Source: Chthonomonadales bacterium (GTDB taxonomy: Bacteria > Armatimonadota > Chthonomonadetes > Chthonomonadales > Chthonomonadaceae). Taken from it: a DNA stretch of 31,232 nt. The notes below the pieces were generated by a model, which was given only the letters and a program-made list of their open reading frames with translations, ran no database searches and was not told the origin of the DNA. The stretch spans positions 1 through 31,232 of the forward strand of contig JBBQPO010000033.1 in NCBI GenBank assembly GCA_038217285.1. The letters run 5' to 3'. Below, in pieces: positions 16,091 to 24,251 of the stretch. Position 1 is the first letter of the stretch, and each line of letters starts with the position of its first letter. The position numbers and the translations under genes are program-made.

Positions 16091-17767
16091 TTATGGCGGG
16101 GGAGGGGTGACGTTACCGCCCGGAGGCGGGTTCGTCGGAGGGATGACGGTCGCCCCGCCGCTTGCGGGGGGGGGCGTCGTATCCGGAGGAGCCGGTTTGG
16201 GATCCGGGCGCACAGTCACCTGTTTGGAGACAGCCAGGCCGGCGCTGTCCGTGACCGTCAGGGTGAACACCGTCGGTACATCCACAGGAATATCCGCGCC
16301 GCCGGAAAGATTGACATCCTTACTGTATCCGCCCGTGTCGGAGGAGAGATGGACCGTCTTCGCATAGTGCGATTTCCATTTAATATGCGCGGAGTCACCC
16401 ACAAAGACCTGCTGCGGTTTGAGGATGAAATACTCGATCTCCGCGATGCACTGATCTTTGGGTATAACCGTGACGTTTATTTTGCGTTCGATCGGCTTCT
16501 GGTCGGCTCCGATCACTCGCAGCGTATAGGTGAGGCTCTGATCCGGCGTCGCATTCATGGTACGCTGAAACGCGCTGAGGACGTTGTTGCCGGGATCTAT
16601 GATCGCCTGCGTATAGTTGCTTGCGTCCCAGGAGAGACGCACAGTGTCGCCTGCATGAACACGCGACGGCTCCGCGTCAAAAATCTTCACTTTGGCGGGC
16701 AACGGTATCGGCGGGGCGGCTACATCGACTTTGATCTCCTTTGTCAATACCGTTTGACCGTTGCCGCCGCGCACCTCGATCGTATAGACCGTCGCCGGAT
16801 ACTCGGGTTTGACCTGGACGGTGCCGACCTTCGCCGTCTGCTCGCCGGGATTGTTGACCTCTTCTCCCGCTTCCTTTCCCTTCAGAAGATGATGCTTGAT
16901 GACAATCCGTTGCGCGTTGTCTACATCCCATGAGAGAGTGATTGCCTGGCCATAGGCGGCCTTGGTCGGCACCGCATTGAACGAATGTATCTGCGCGGGA
17001 GGCAGGGGATGGGGACGGGTAAACAGATAGCCCGCAACTCCGAAACTGAGCAGAAGCAGAAAGATACCCATCAGGGGCGAGATCAGAGCGTGTTTTTCCA
17101 CCTGACCATGCACACTTGCGGAGACGTAGGAGTCGTTGACCGAACGCGCCGTGATCGTAAAGCCATAAAGCCGCACACCGCCCAGCACCGAGGAGACCTT
17201 CGGGCGCAGAGCCAGAGGGACGGCCAGGGTCTGGCCCGGTTTCAGGGTGATCCGGTCGGTATCGAACTCGTAGGCACAGCCGTCATCGGGATCGAAGGCT
17301 CCCAGGTCGAGGGTCTCCTCGGCGTTCCCCTGATTGGAGACGGTAAAATCGAAATCGTTGAGGGGACGGAAAAACGTTGCGCTGGCGCGTTTAGGATCGA
17401 GTTCGACCTCCAGAAAATTGAACGGCTTCACGACCAGAGCCGCCTGGGCTACGCCTACTTCGCCTGTCTCCTGCGCCTGCACCTTTACCAGGAAGGGATA
17501 GGCTCCGGCGCGATTGGCGCTGTTTCGAGCCACTTTGAACAGTATGCGTTCCGTTACCGTGGCGCCAGGGGCCACATTGACCGCCGGAACCGGGATAGCG
17601 TACCACTCGACATCGATACCTTCGACTTCAATGGAGAGGCGATCCGGTTCGTCCTGCCGATTGGTCATACTGACGATCAACTGAGCCGTGCTGCCGGGTT
17701 CGATCACGATGTCAGCGGTCGAGAGCGAGACGAGTATCTTCTGTATATCGGAGGTGAGGGAGGCCAT
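16091..17767 (-). CDS. Bitopic membrane protein: two N-terminal COG1470/NEW3-like Ig domains, a central TM helix, three Ig/PKD-like repeats and a Pro-rich tail
   Basis: No signal peptide; TM LISPLMGIFLLLLSFGVAGYLF; repeats IHSFNAVP..GQAITLSW, VKIFDAEP..GDTVRLSW, IEYFILKP..GDSAHIKW. Start ATG 17767 or TTG 17779. Confidence 0.85.
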   Translation of the reverse strand: MASLTSDIQKILVSLSTADIVIEPGSTAQLIVSMTNRQDEPDRLSIEVEGIDVEWYAIPVPAVNVAPGATVTERILFKVARNSANRAGAYPFLVKVQAQETGEVGVAQAALVVKPFNFLEVELDPKRASATFFRPLNDFDFTVSNQGNAEETLDLGAFDPDDGCAYEFDTDRITLKPGQTLAVPLALRPKVSSVLGGVRLYGFTITARSVNDSYVSASVHGQVEKHALISPLMGIFLLLLSFGVAGYLFTRPHPLPPAQIHSFNAVPTKAAYGQAITLSWDVDNAQRIVIKHHLLKGKEAGEEVNNPGEQTAKVGTVQVKPEYPATVYTIEVRGGNGQTVLTKEIKVDVAAPPIPLPAKVKIFDAEPSRVHAGDTVRLSWDASNYTQAIIDPGNNVLSAFQRTMNATPDQSLTYTLRVIGADQKPIERKINVTVIPKDQCIAEIEYFILKPQQVFVGDSAHIKWKSHYAKTVHLSSDTGGYSKDVNLSGGADIPVDVPTVFTLTVTDSAGLAVSKQVTVRPDPKPAPPDTTPPPASGGATVIPPTNPPPGGNVTPPPP

Positions 17768-17823
17768 ATCGTATCTCAAAACCTTCTACACCACGCGGTG
17801 TGATGGCTATATTGGCAAACAGT

Positions 17824-17997
17824 ACGCCCAGAGAAGGGGAGCGACACGGGAACTCGCCCCGGCCCACTCCGCATGACGAAAAAGCTGCATGTCCAGTTCC
17901 GTTATCTCTGTAAAAGGGAATTCTCGCGCCGGTAAGGCGCCGACTTCGCCACCTCAGCCTTCCATCAATGAACCCGTCACGCGTCCTTCACCGGCGT
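17824..17997 (-). ncRNA. Candidate structured leader RNA or small RNA (~175 nt)
   Basis: Directly downstream of a perfect promoter, with several stems including two mutually exclusive pairings. Matches no riboswitch I recognise. Confidence 0.35.
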
Positions 17998-17998
17998 C

Positions 17999-18027
17999 AT
18001 TATATTCGTCAGAGCCGGTTTTGTCAA
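17999..18027 (-). promoter_or_regulatory. Perfect sigma70 promoter
   Basis: Minus strand TTGACA (18027-18022), 17-nt spacer, TATAAT (18004-17999). The -35 box contains the GNAT gene's TGA stop codon. Confidence 0.88.
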
Positions 18028-18812
18028 TCCGTGGCCGCCAGATGGCGTCGCATCAGGTCACTTTCCCAGGTGGCAAAACCCAGTTTACGGTAGACAGCCT
18101 CACCCGCGCCATCCCCTTCCGTGTAGAGATAAGTGAGTGTGTTTCCGGCTGCCAGAGAATCCGCAAGGGCGCGGGCGACAAGAGCCGACGCAACCCCGCG
18201 CCGCCTGAATTCCGGGTGTACGACCACACTGTCGATCCGTCCCCAGCCCTGTGCGACGAAGAGGTCGCAGGCGCCGACAGGTCGGCCATCCAGACAGGCC
18301 AGGTAGAGGTGGCACGGAGGATAGGCCGCTTCGCTTTCCGCTACCGAACGCCACATCGGCGCGGTCTCGGGATCCTGTTCGTCACTCATCAGAACATCCA
18401 CCCAGGCCCGCGCTTCGCCCTGTCCGGTTTCGTTGGCGACCGAGAGCACCTCGATTCCCCGCTCCGGCAGGGAGGGAAGAACATCGTTGTCGTAACGCAT
18501 CAGCAGCCATCGCCCTACCACGGGCATGATTCCCAACCGTCGTAGCGCCCGGCCAATTCCCTGGAGTTCTGCGATAGCGTCCACATCGATGACGATCCGC
18601 ATCCCTCGGTGTTGAAGTTGGTCCACAACCTCGCGCGCTGTCGCCTCCGGTCCCTCTCCTGCATCGCGCAAGCGCAGCGCCCGGTTTGCATCTCCCCAGT
18701 CCGGCCGTGTAGGCGCGATGAGGTACCAGGCGCAGTCGGTCTTGACGGTCGTCGCCAGCATACCGAGATAGTGGGTTTCATGCTCTATGAGTCTGTCCAG
18801 AGGAAGTTCCAT
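18024..18812 (-). CDS. GNAT family N-acetyltransferase
   Basis: C-terminal acetyl-CoA binding motif VVVHPEFRRRGVASALV, followed by VYRKLGF. Confidence 0.9.
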   Translation of the reverse strand: MELPLDRLIEHETHYLGMLATTVKTDCAWYLIAPTRPDWGDANRALRLRDAGEGPEATAREVVDQLQHRGMRIVIDVDAIAELQGIGRALRRLGIMPVVGRWLLMRYDNDVLPSLPERGIEVLSVANETGQGEARAWVDVLMSDEQDPETAPMWRSVAESEAAYPPCHLYLACLDGRPVGACDLFVAQGWGRIDSVVVHPEFRRRGVASALVARALADSLAAGNTLTYLYTEGDGAGEAVYRKLGFATWESDLMRRHLAATD

Positions 18813-18870
18813 TGCGCCGCTCCCGCCTTCCGAGATCCTGAAGCTATTATACTCCCTGCTTCGCCACAGA

Positions 18871-18900
18871 TTGACGTCCTTCCCTTATGTCTGTTATACT
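18871..18900 (+). promoter_or_regulatory. sigma70 promoter (extended -10) for the DUF2092-wecA-wecB run
   Basis: TTGACG, 18-nt spacer, TATACT preceded by TGt. A divergent TATAAT for the GNAT gene lies on the minus strand at 18846-18851. Confidence 0.75.
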
Positions 18901-19001
18901 GAATCACTGTACGGACCGCTTTCGAACCGGTGCCGACCGCTCTGGTGCGGCTGTCTGCTCCTCTGGAGCGGGCAGCAGTGAGAACCTTCCGGGAGAATAA
19001 A

Positions 19002-19964
19002 ATGGCGCATTTTCAGGACATCGCCTCCTGTCCTTACCCTCATCCTCTGTTTCGGACCGGCAGTCTCCTGCGTCCGACCCTGTTTCTGACGGTGATCGCC
19101 CTGTTCGCCGGGATCGGGACGGCCCAGGCGCAGGACGCTCGGACGGTCCAAAAACACAAAACCCAAACTGCCGGTGCAGCGCCTGCCGCGCCTACGCAGG
19201 ATGGCCGCGCGATCCTGTTAAAGACCCTTAAGTTGTATCAGTCGCTCAACAGTTACTCTGGTCAGGCCAATGTCGATACCATGATGCTGTCCACGACCAA
19301 CCAGACTATCAAACACATCGGTTCGTCGTCCGTGATGAAACTGCAGCGTCCGAACAAGATATATCTCTACTTTCAGACTCCCATTGGAAGCCGACGAATC
19401 TACAGCGATGGCGTGAATTTCAGTGTCTACGACGAGACTCCGAACCAGTATCTCACGGTCCCGGCACCGGCCGACATGCCGGGTCTTTTGAAGATTTTAT
19501 TGGCCAAGGCCGATGTGGCTGCGGGCCTCGACCCACTCTATTTTCTTACCCAGAACAGCCTGCCGAAAGAGTTGAGTAAAATCAACATCAAAGGGTCCGC
19601 GACCTACAACGGCCATCCCGTCTATATCGTTACGGGGATGACCACTTCCACTCCGGTCGTGACCAAAAGCGGCAAGACTCTTACGACGGTGCCGACGTCC
19701 TACTGGACTTGGTGGATAGACCGTACCTCCTCTCTGCTTTACAAAATCGAGACCATGACGCCCAATATCACAAAGCCGGTGTCGTTCGGATCTGGGGCGC
19801 AGCGCACCGTCCAGAACGTCAAAGGCACCCTGGTTCTGCGCCACACCGTTTCCGAACTCAAACCCGACGCCAACGTTGCGCCTTCGGAGTTCTCTTTTAC
19901 GCCTCCCAAAGCGGCGACGCGCAAACAGATGGCGCAAGACGTACTGGACAATAAGCGCAAATAG
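19002..19964 (+). CDS. DUF2092 / LolA-like periplasmic protein
   Basis: Signal peptide ending AGIGTAQA; LQRPNKI, YSDGVNFSVYD, WWIDRTSSLLYKI, FSFTPPKAA. GGGAGA RBS before ATG 19002. Confidence 0.85.
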   Translation: MAHFQDIASCPYPHPLFRTGSLLRPTLFLTVIALFAGIGTAQAQDARTVQKHKTQTAGAAPAAPTQDGRAILLKTLKLYQSLNSYSGQANVDTMMLSTTNQTIKHIGSSSVMKLQRPNKIYLYFQTPIGSRRIYSDGVNFSVYDETPNQYLTVPAPADMPGLLKILLAKADVAAGLDPLYFLTQNSLPKELSKINIKGSATYNGHPVYIVTGMTTSTPVVTKSGKTLTTVPTSYWTWWIDRTSSLLYKIETMTPNITKPVSFGSGAQRTVQNVKGTLVLRHTVSELKPDANVAPSEFSFTPPKAATRKQMAQDVLDNKRK

Positions 19965-19985
19965 TTCGGAGGGAGGGCACGAGGT

Positions 19986-21002
19986 ATGACCGGAATTCTG
20001 GCGGCGGCTCTGATAGCGGCGTTTCTGACGGCGTGGATCACCCCGACCGTATTGCGGTATGCCGAAAAAAGCAGTGCAATCGATATGCCGGGGGATCGGC
20101 GCGCCAATACTCGGCCGCTGCCCCGTCTGGGCGGGATCGCGATCTACCTCGGTTTCCTGATCGCGGTGATCCTGACCGTTACGCTTCGTCAGTACTCTCG
20201 GGCGGGGCAGCATACCTGGACGATGCAGATCCTCGGGGTGCTGCTCGCGACGACGTTCGTCGCTATAGTCGGATTGATCGACGACTTTCGGGATCTGTCT
20301 GCGAAGGTGCAGTCTCTGGCACTCGTGACCGCCGGGCTGATCCTGTTCGCGTTCGGCGTCCGTATCGAAGGCGTCACCAACATCTTCGGCAGTGCGAGCA
20401 GCCTCTCCTACAATGCGTTGCAGAGCTGGCATCCGCTCGGGCTGGTCGCCTCGCTGCTGCTGACTATCTTCTGGGTGTTCGTCGTGACGAAAACGGTCGA
20501 TGCGATCGATGGCGTTGATGGACTGGCCGCCGGCGTCTGCGCGATTTCGGCCGCCACGTTGGCTCTGATGGCGGTGCAGTTGCGCAACCCGGAGTTCGCC
20601 ACGCTCGCCTTGATCGCCGCCGCCCTGGCAGGCGCCTGCCTCGGCTTCCTGCGCCACAACTACCATCCTGCCAAGATCATTATGGGAACGGTCGGGGCCT
20701 GGGTGCTCGGACTCGTGCTGGCCTCTGTCTCGATGCTCGGAGCCTTCAAGGTCGCTGCGGCTGTCTCCGTGCTGGTGCCGGTGCTGGTGCTGGGCGTTCC
20801 GATCTTCGACTACGCGCATGTGCTCACGCGGCGCTTGCTGGAGCGCGCCCCACTCACCAAGGCTGACCGTCGGCATCTGCATCATCGCCTGCTGGCGCGG
20901 GGCTGGAATCAGAAGCAGACCGTCTGGTTCATCTATAGTGTGGCGATCATCCTCTGCATCTTCGCGCTGGCGCTTTTCAAAGTGGGCCGTCCCGGCCACT
21001 AA
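19986..21002 (+). CDS. MraY/WecA/TagO-family polyprenyl-phosphate HexNAc-1-phosphate transferase with atypical active-site motifs
   Basis: PRLGGIAI, GLIDD, DGVDGLAAG, HNYHPAKI, DRRHLHHRL (WecA/TagO type); multi-TM protein. Confidence 0.92.
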   Translation: MTGILAAALIAAFLTAWITPTVLRYAEKSSAIDMPGDRRANTRPLPRLGGIAIYLGFLIAVILTVTLRQYSRAGQHTWTMQILGVLLATTFVAIVGLIDDFRDLSAKVQSLALVTAGLILFAFGVRIEGVTNIFGSASSLSYNALQSWHPLGLVASLLLTIFWVFVVTKTVDAIDGVDGLAAGVCAISAATLALMAVQLRNPEFATLALIAAALAGACLGFLRHNYHPAKIIMGTVGAWVLGLVLASVSMLGAFKVAAAVSVLVPVLVLGVPIFDYAHVLTRRLLERAPLTKADRRHLHHRLLARGWNQKQTVWFIYSVAIILCIFALALFKVGRPGH

Positions 21003-21026
21003 TTCAACGTTAACCGGTGGAGTAGA

Positions 21027-22151
21027 ATGTCTCAAACCCGACCGATTCGTGTGCTGTGTGTCTTCGGAACGCGTCCGGACGCCGTCAAGATGGCCCCCGT
21101 CGTTCTGGAGCTGCAACGCTCTCCGCAGGATTTCGAGGTGCGGGTCGTTGTGACCGGCCAGCACCGTGAGCAGCTCGATCAGGTGCTGCGTGTCTTTGAA
21201 CTGACGCCCGACCACGATCTGGCGATCATGACGCATGGGCAGACGCTGGCGCAGATCACCACGCGCGCGCTGGAAGGGCTGGACGCCGACCTTCTGGCGC
21301 ACCCCGCCGATGTCTGTCTGGCGCAGGGCGATACCACGACGACGTTTGTGGCCGGTCTGGCGGCCTTCTATCATAAGGTGCCGTTCGGGCACGTCGAAGC
21401 GGGCCTCCGGACGCGCAATCTCTACGATCCGTTTCCCGAGGAGATGAATCGCCGCCTCGCGAGTGAACTGGCGACCTGGCACTTCGCTCCCACGGAGCCA
21501 GCCCGCCAAAACCTGCTGGCCGAGGGCATTCCCGCCGACAGTATCTATGTAACGGGCAACACCAGCATCGATGCGCTGCGTTCGGTCGCGACGCGCGACT
21601 ACACCTTCGAAGATCCCGTTCTCAATGAAATTGTCGGTGGCGGCCAGAGGCTCATCCTTGTCACCGCCCATCGCCGTGAGAACTGGGGCGATCCGATGTC
21701 CAATATCGGGCGGGCCGTCGCCCAACTTGCCGCCGAGTTTACCGACTGTGAGATCGTTGTCGCCATGCACCGTAATCCGATCGTGCGAGACATCCTGCGC
21801 CCTCTGCTGGACTCGACGCCGCGTGTCCATCTGATCGAGCCGCCCGACTACGTGCCCTTCGTCAAACTGATGCAGCGTTCGACTCTGATCCTCACGGATA
21901 GCGGCGGCGTGCAGGAGGAGGCGCCTTCACTCGGCGTCCCGATCCTCGTTCTGCGCCAGACAACGGAGCGCCCGGAGGGAGTCACGGCGGGAAACGCGAA
22001 GCTTATCGGCACCGACACGGAGGCCATCGTGCGCGAGGCACGTCTGCTGCTCACCGACCCGCAGACCCACGCGCAGATGGCGAGCAGTACCAATCCCTAT
22101 GGAGACGGCAGCGCCGCCCGCCAGATCGTCGATGTTCTCAGACAGAGGTAA
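21027..22151 (+). CDS. wecB: UDP-N-acetylglucosamine 2-epimerase (non-hydrolysing)
   Basis: FGTRPD, TGQHRE, QGDTTT, HVEAGLRT, PFPEEMNR, HRREN, TDSGGVQEEAP, TERPE, NPYGDG. Confidence 0.96.
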   Translation: MSQTRPIRVLCVFGTRPDAVKMAPVVLELQRSPQDFEVRVVVTGQHREQLDQVLRVFELTPDHDLAIMTHGQTLAQITTRALEGLDADLLAHPADVCLAQGDTTTTFVAGLAAFYHKVPFGHVEAGLRTRNLYDPFPEEMNRRLASELATWHFAPTEPARQNLLAEGIPADSIYVTGNTSIDALRSVATRDYTFEDPVLNEIVGGGQRLILVTAHRRENWGDPMSNIGRAVAQLAAEFTDCEIVVAMHRNPIVRDILRPLLDSTPRVHLIEPPDYVPFVKLMQRSTLILTDSGGVQEEAPSLGVPILVLRQTTERPEGVTAGNAKLIGTDTEAIVREARLLLTDPQTHAQMASSTNPYGDGSAARQIVDVLRQR

Positions 22152-22194
22152 TTCACGTCGATACTTGATTCTACCGAGAGGAAAAGGAGAACAC

Positions 22195-22464
22195 ATGAAG
22201 GCAAAAGTGACGTTAGGAACAGGGATACTGGTGATGCTGGCGGTGTTCGCCACCATTTTCGCCTTCATGAACTACAATCGGGTGCAGGTCTGGCCGTTTC
22301 GAGCGATGTATCCGGTGACCATCGTCATCGTCGCCTCGTTCGGGCTGGGGGTGGCATTCGGCGTCCTGTCGGTGGCGCTCTTCGGCCATTTCAAATCCCG
22401 GCGCGAAGGCAGCGTCCTCGAATCCGTGCAGCCCGGACAACGTGACACTCCCGGTCGGCCTTGA
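22195..22464 (+). CDS. LapA/DUF1049-like small membrane protein
   Basis: Two TM segments flanking IFAFMNYNRVQV; AAGGAG RBS; position directly upstream of recJ as in many Firmicutes. Confidence 0.75.
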   Translation: MKAKVTLGTGILVMLAVFATIFAFMNYNRVQVWPFRAMYPVTIVIVASFGLGVAFGVLSVALFGHFKSRREGSVLESVQPGQRDTPGRP

Positions 22465-22505
22465 TCGATCCAAGGGCCGGGTCGTTTGCTTCGTTAACAC
22501 TACCC

Positions 22506-24251
22506 ATGAGAAAATCCCATACCCCAAAACGCTGGCACATACTACCGGCCGATGAAGAGGCCGAGAGCGTCCTGCAAGACCAGCTCGGCATCCACGCTAT
22601 TGTCGCCCGACTGCTCGTGCAGCGAGGCATCACGACGGCGGACGCAGCCTATGACTTTCTGAATCCCTCGTTCGACCAACTGCACGATCCGTTCCTGCTG
22701 CCCGACATCGAGGTCGCCTGCGAACGCATCAAGACGGCGCTGCACGGTCGCGAAAAGATCATGGTGCATGGGGACTACGATGGCGACGGCGTGACGAGCG
22801 CGGCGCTCTGGGGCCGGGTTCTCGAAAAACTCGGGGCGGACGTCGAAGTCTTCGTCCCGCACCGGCAGCGCGATGGCTACGATATGCGCAAAGGGTTTGT
22901 CGAGCGGGCGAAAGAGAAGGGTGTCGCCCTGATCATTACGACCGACTGCGGCATCCAGCGAATCGCGGAGGTGGAGCATGCGCGACAGATCGGAATCGAT
23001 GTCATCATCACCGACCACCACACGCCTAACGCCAATGGGTCCCTGCCGCAGGCGGTCGCGGTCATCAATCCGAACCGGGCCGACTCTCGCTATCCGTTCT
23101 GCGATCTGGCGGGCGTCGGGGTCGCGTTCCGTGTCTGCGAGGCGCTCATCCGAACCCTAGGGCACAACGTCGATACCTACCGGAACGGTTACCTCGATCT
23201 GACGACAATTGGAACTGTGACCGATGTTGTACCGTTGATAGATGAAAACCGCGTCTTTGTTTTTCATGGCCTTGAAGCGGTCAGGAACTCGAAGAAGCCG
23301 GGGGTGCGGGCGCTCCTCGAAGTGTCCGGCTGCAACAACGGTCGGCCGCTGAATGCGGGCACGATCTCCTTTCAGTTGGGGCCGCGCCTCAACGCGGCGA
23401 GCCGGGTGGAAGAGACGCAGTTCGCGCTCGATCTGCTGATGACCAAGGACGAGAACGAGGCGCAGCGGCTGGCAAAAAAGCTGCATGAGCTGAACGACCA
23501 GCGCAAGGAGATCCAGGCGCGTGTCGCCGACGAGGCGATGGCCCAGATCGCGCTGATGGATATTACGGAGATGCGCTGTCTCGTCCTCAGCGGTTTCAAC
23601 TGGCCCGGCAGCATCGTCGGCATCGTGGCGAGCAAGGTGGTGGAGCGTTACCATCGGCCGTGCGTCATCATCGCCAAAAGCGACGAGACAGGCACCGCCC
23701 GTGGTTCGGCGCGGAGCATCTCGAATTTCAACGTCGTGCAGGCCATCGACGCCTGCAAAGATCTGCTCTCGGAGTATGGAGGCCATGCCCATGCCGCTGG
23801 CCTCTCGATGGACAACGAGAACATTCCCGATTTCGCCGCGCAGATGAACCGCCTCGCCGCGACGACTCTGACCGAAGAGGACTGCCAGCCCAGTCTGGAC
23901 GTCGCGCAGGAGGTTGCGCCCTCCGATCTCTGTGCGGCCGTGGTCGATCAGATCGCGTGGCTGGCTCCGTTCGGCAACAGCAACCCTGCGCCGCGCTTTA
24001 TCAGTCGCAGCATGCCCGTGCGGCAGATCAGCCGTCTGACCGAGGGCAAACATCTGAAACTTCGGTTCGATGCCGAGGGGCTGAGTCGGTGGGGAAACGT
24101 AGACGCGCTCTGGTGGAACCGGGGCGACCTGGCCGAGGGCCTGCAGGAGGGGATGTCTTTGGACATCTGCTATCGGCCCGATATCAATGAGTACCGAGGA
24201 GAGCGCAGCGTCCAGTTTATGCTGGAGGACATTCAACCGCCGGAGTGGTAG
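22506..24251 (+). CDS. recJ: Single-stranded-DNA exonuclease RecJ
   Basis: HGDYDGDG, ITTDCG, TDHH, DLAGVGVAF, GPRLNAA, GSARS, GGHAHAAG. Confidence 0.96.
   Translation: MRKSHTPKRWHILPADEEAESVLQDQLGIHAIVARLLVQRGITTADAAYDFLNPSFDQLHDPFLLPDIEVACERIKTALHGREKIMVHGDYDGDGVTSAALWGRVLEKLGADVEVFVPHRQRDGYDMRKGFVERAKEKGVALIITTDCGIQRIAEVEHARQIGIDVIITDHHTPNANGSLPQAVAVINPNRADSRYPFCDLAGVGVAFRVCEALIRTLGHNVDTYRNGYLDLTTIGTVTDVVPLIDENRVFVFHGLEAVRNSKKPGVRALLEVSGCNNGRPLNAGTISFQLGPRLNAASRVEETQFALDLLMTKDENEAQRLAKKLHELNDQRKEIQARVADEAMAQIALMDITEMRCLVLSGFNWPGSIVGIVASKVVERYHRPCVIIAKSDETGTARGSARSISNFNVVQAIDACKDLLSEYGGHAHAAGLSMDNENIPDFAAQMNRLAATTLTEEDCQPSLDVAQEVAPSDLCAAVVDQIAWLAPFGNSNPAPRFISRSMPVRQISRLTEGKHLKLRFDAEGLSRWGNVDALWWNRGDLAEGLQEGMSLDICYRPDINEYRGERSVQFMLEDIQPPEW

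Noticed and set aside
17824..17997. Known riboswitch (TPP, T-box, c-di-AMP, yybP-ykoY, c-di-GMP)
   Set aside because: Only short fragments resemble these (GGCUGAG; GAACCCGUCA and AAGGGGAG on the wrong strand); the core consensus elements are missing.
19497..21830. 777-aa antisense ORF across DUF2092, wecA and wecB
   Set aside because: A shadow frame of well-supported plus-strand genes in GC-rich DNA; no recognisable motifs.
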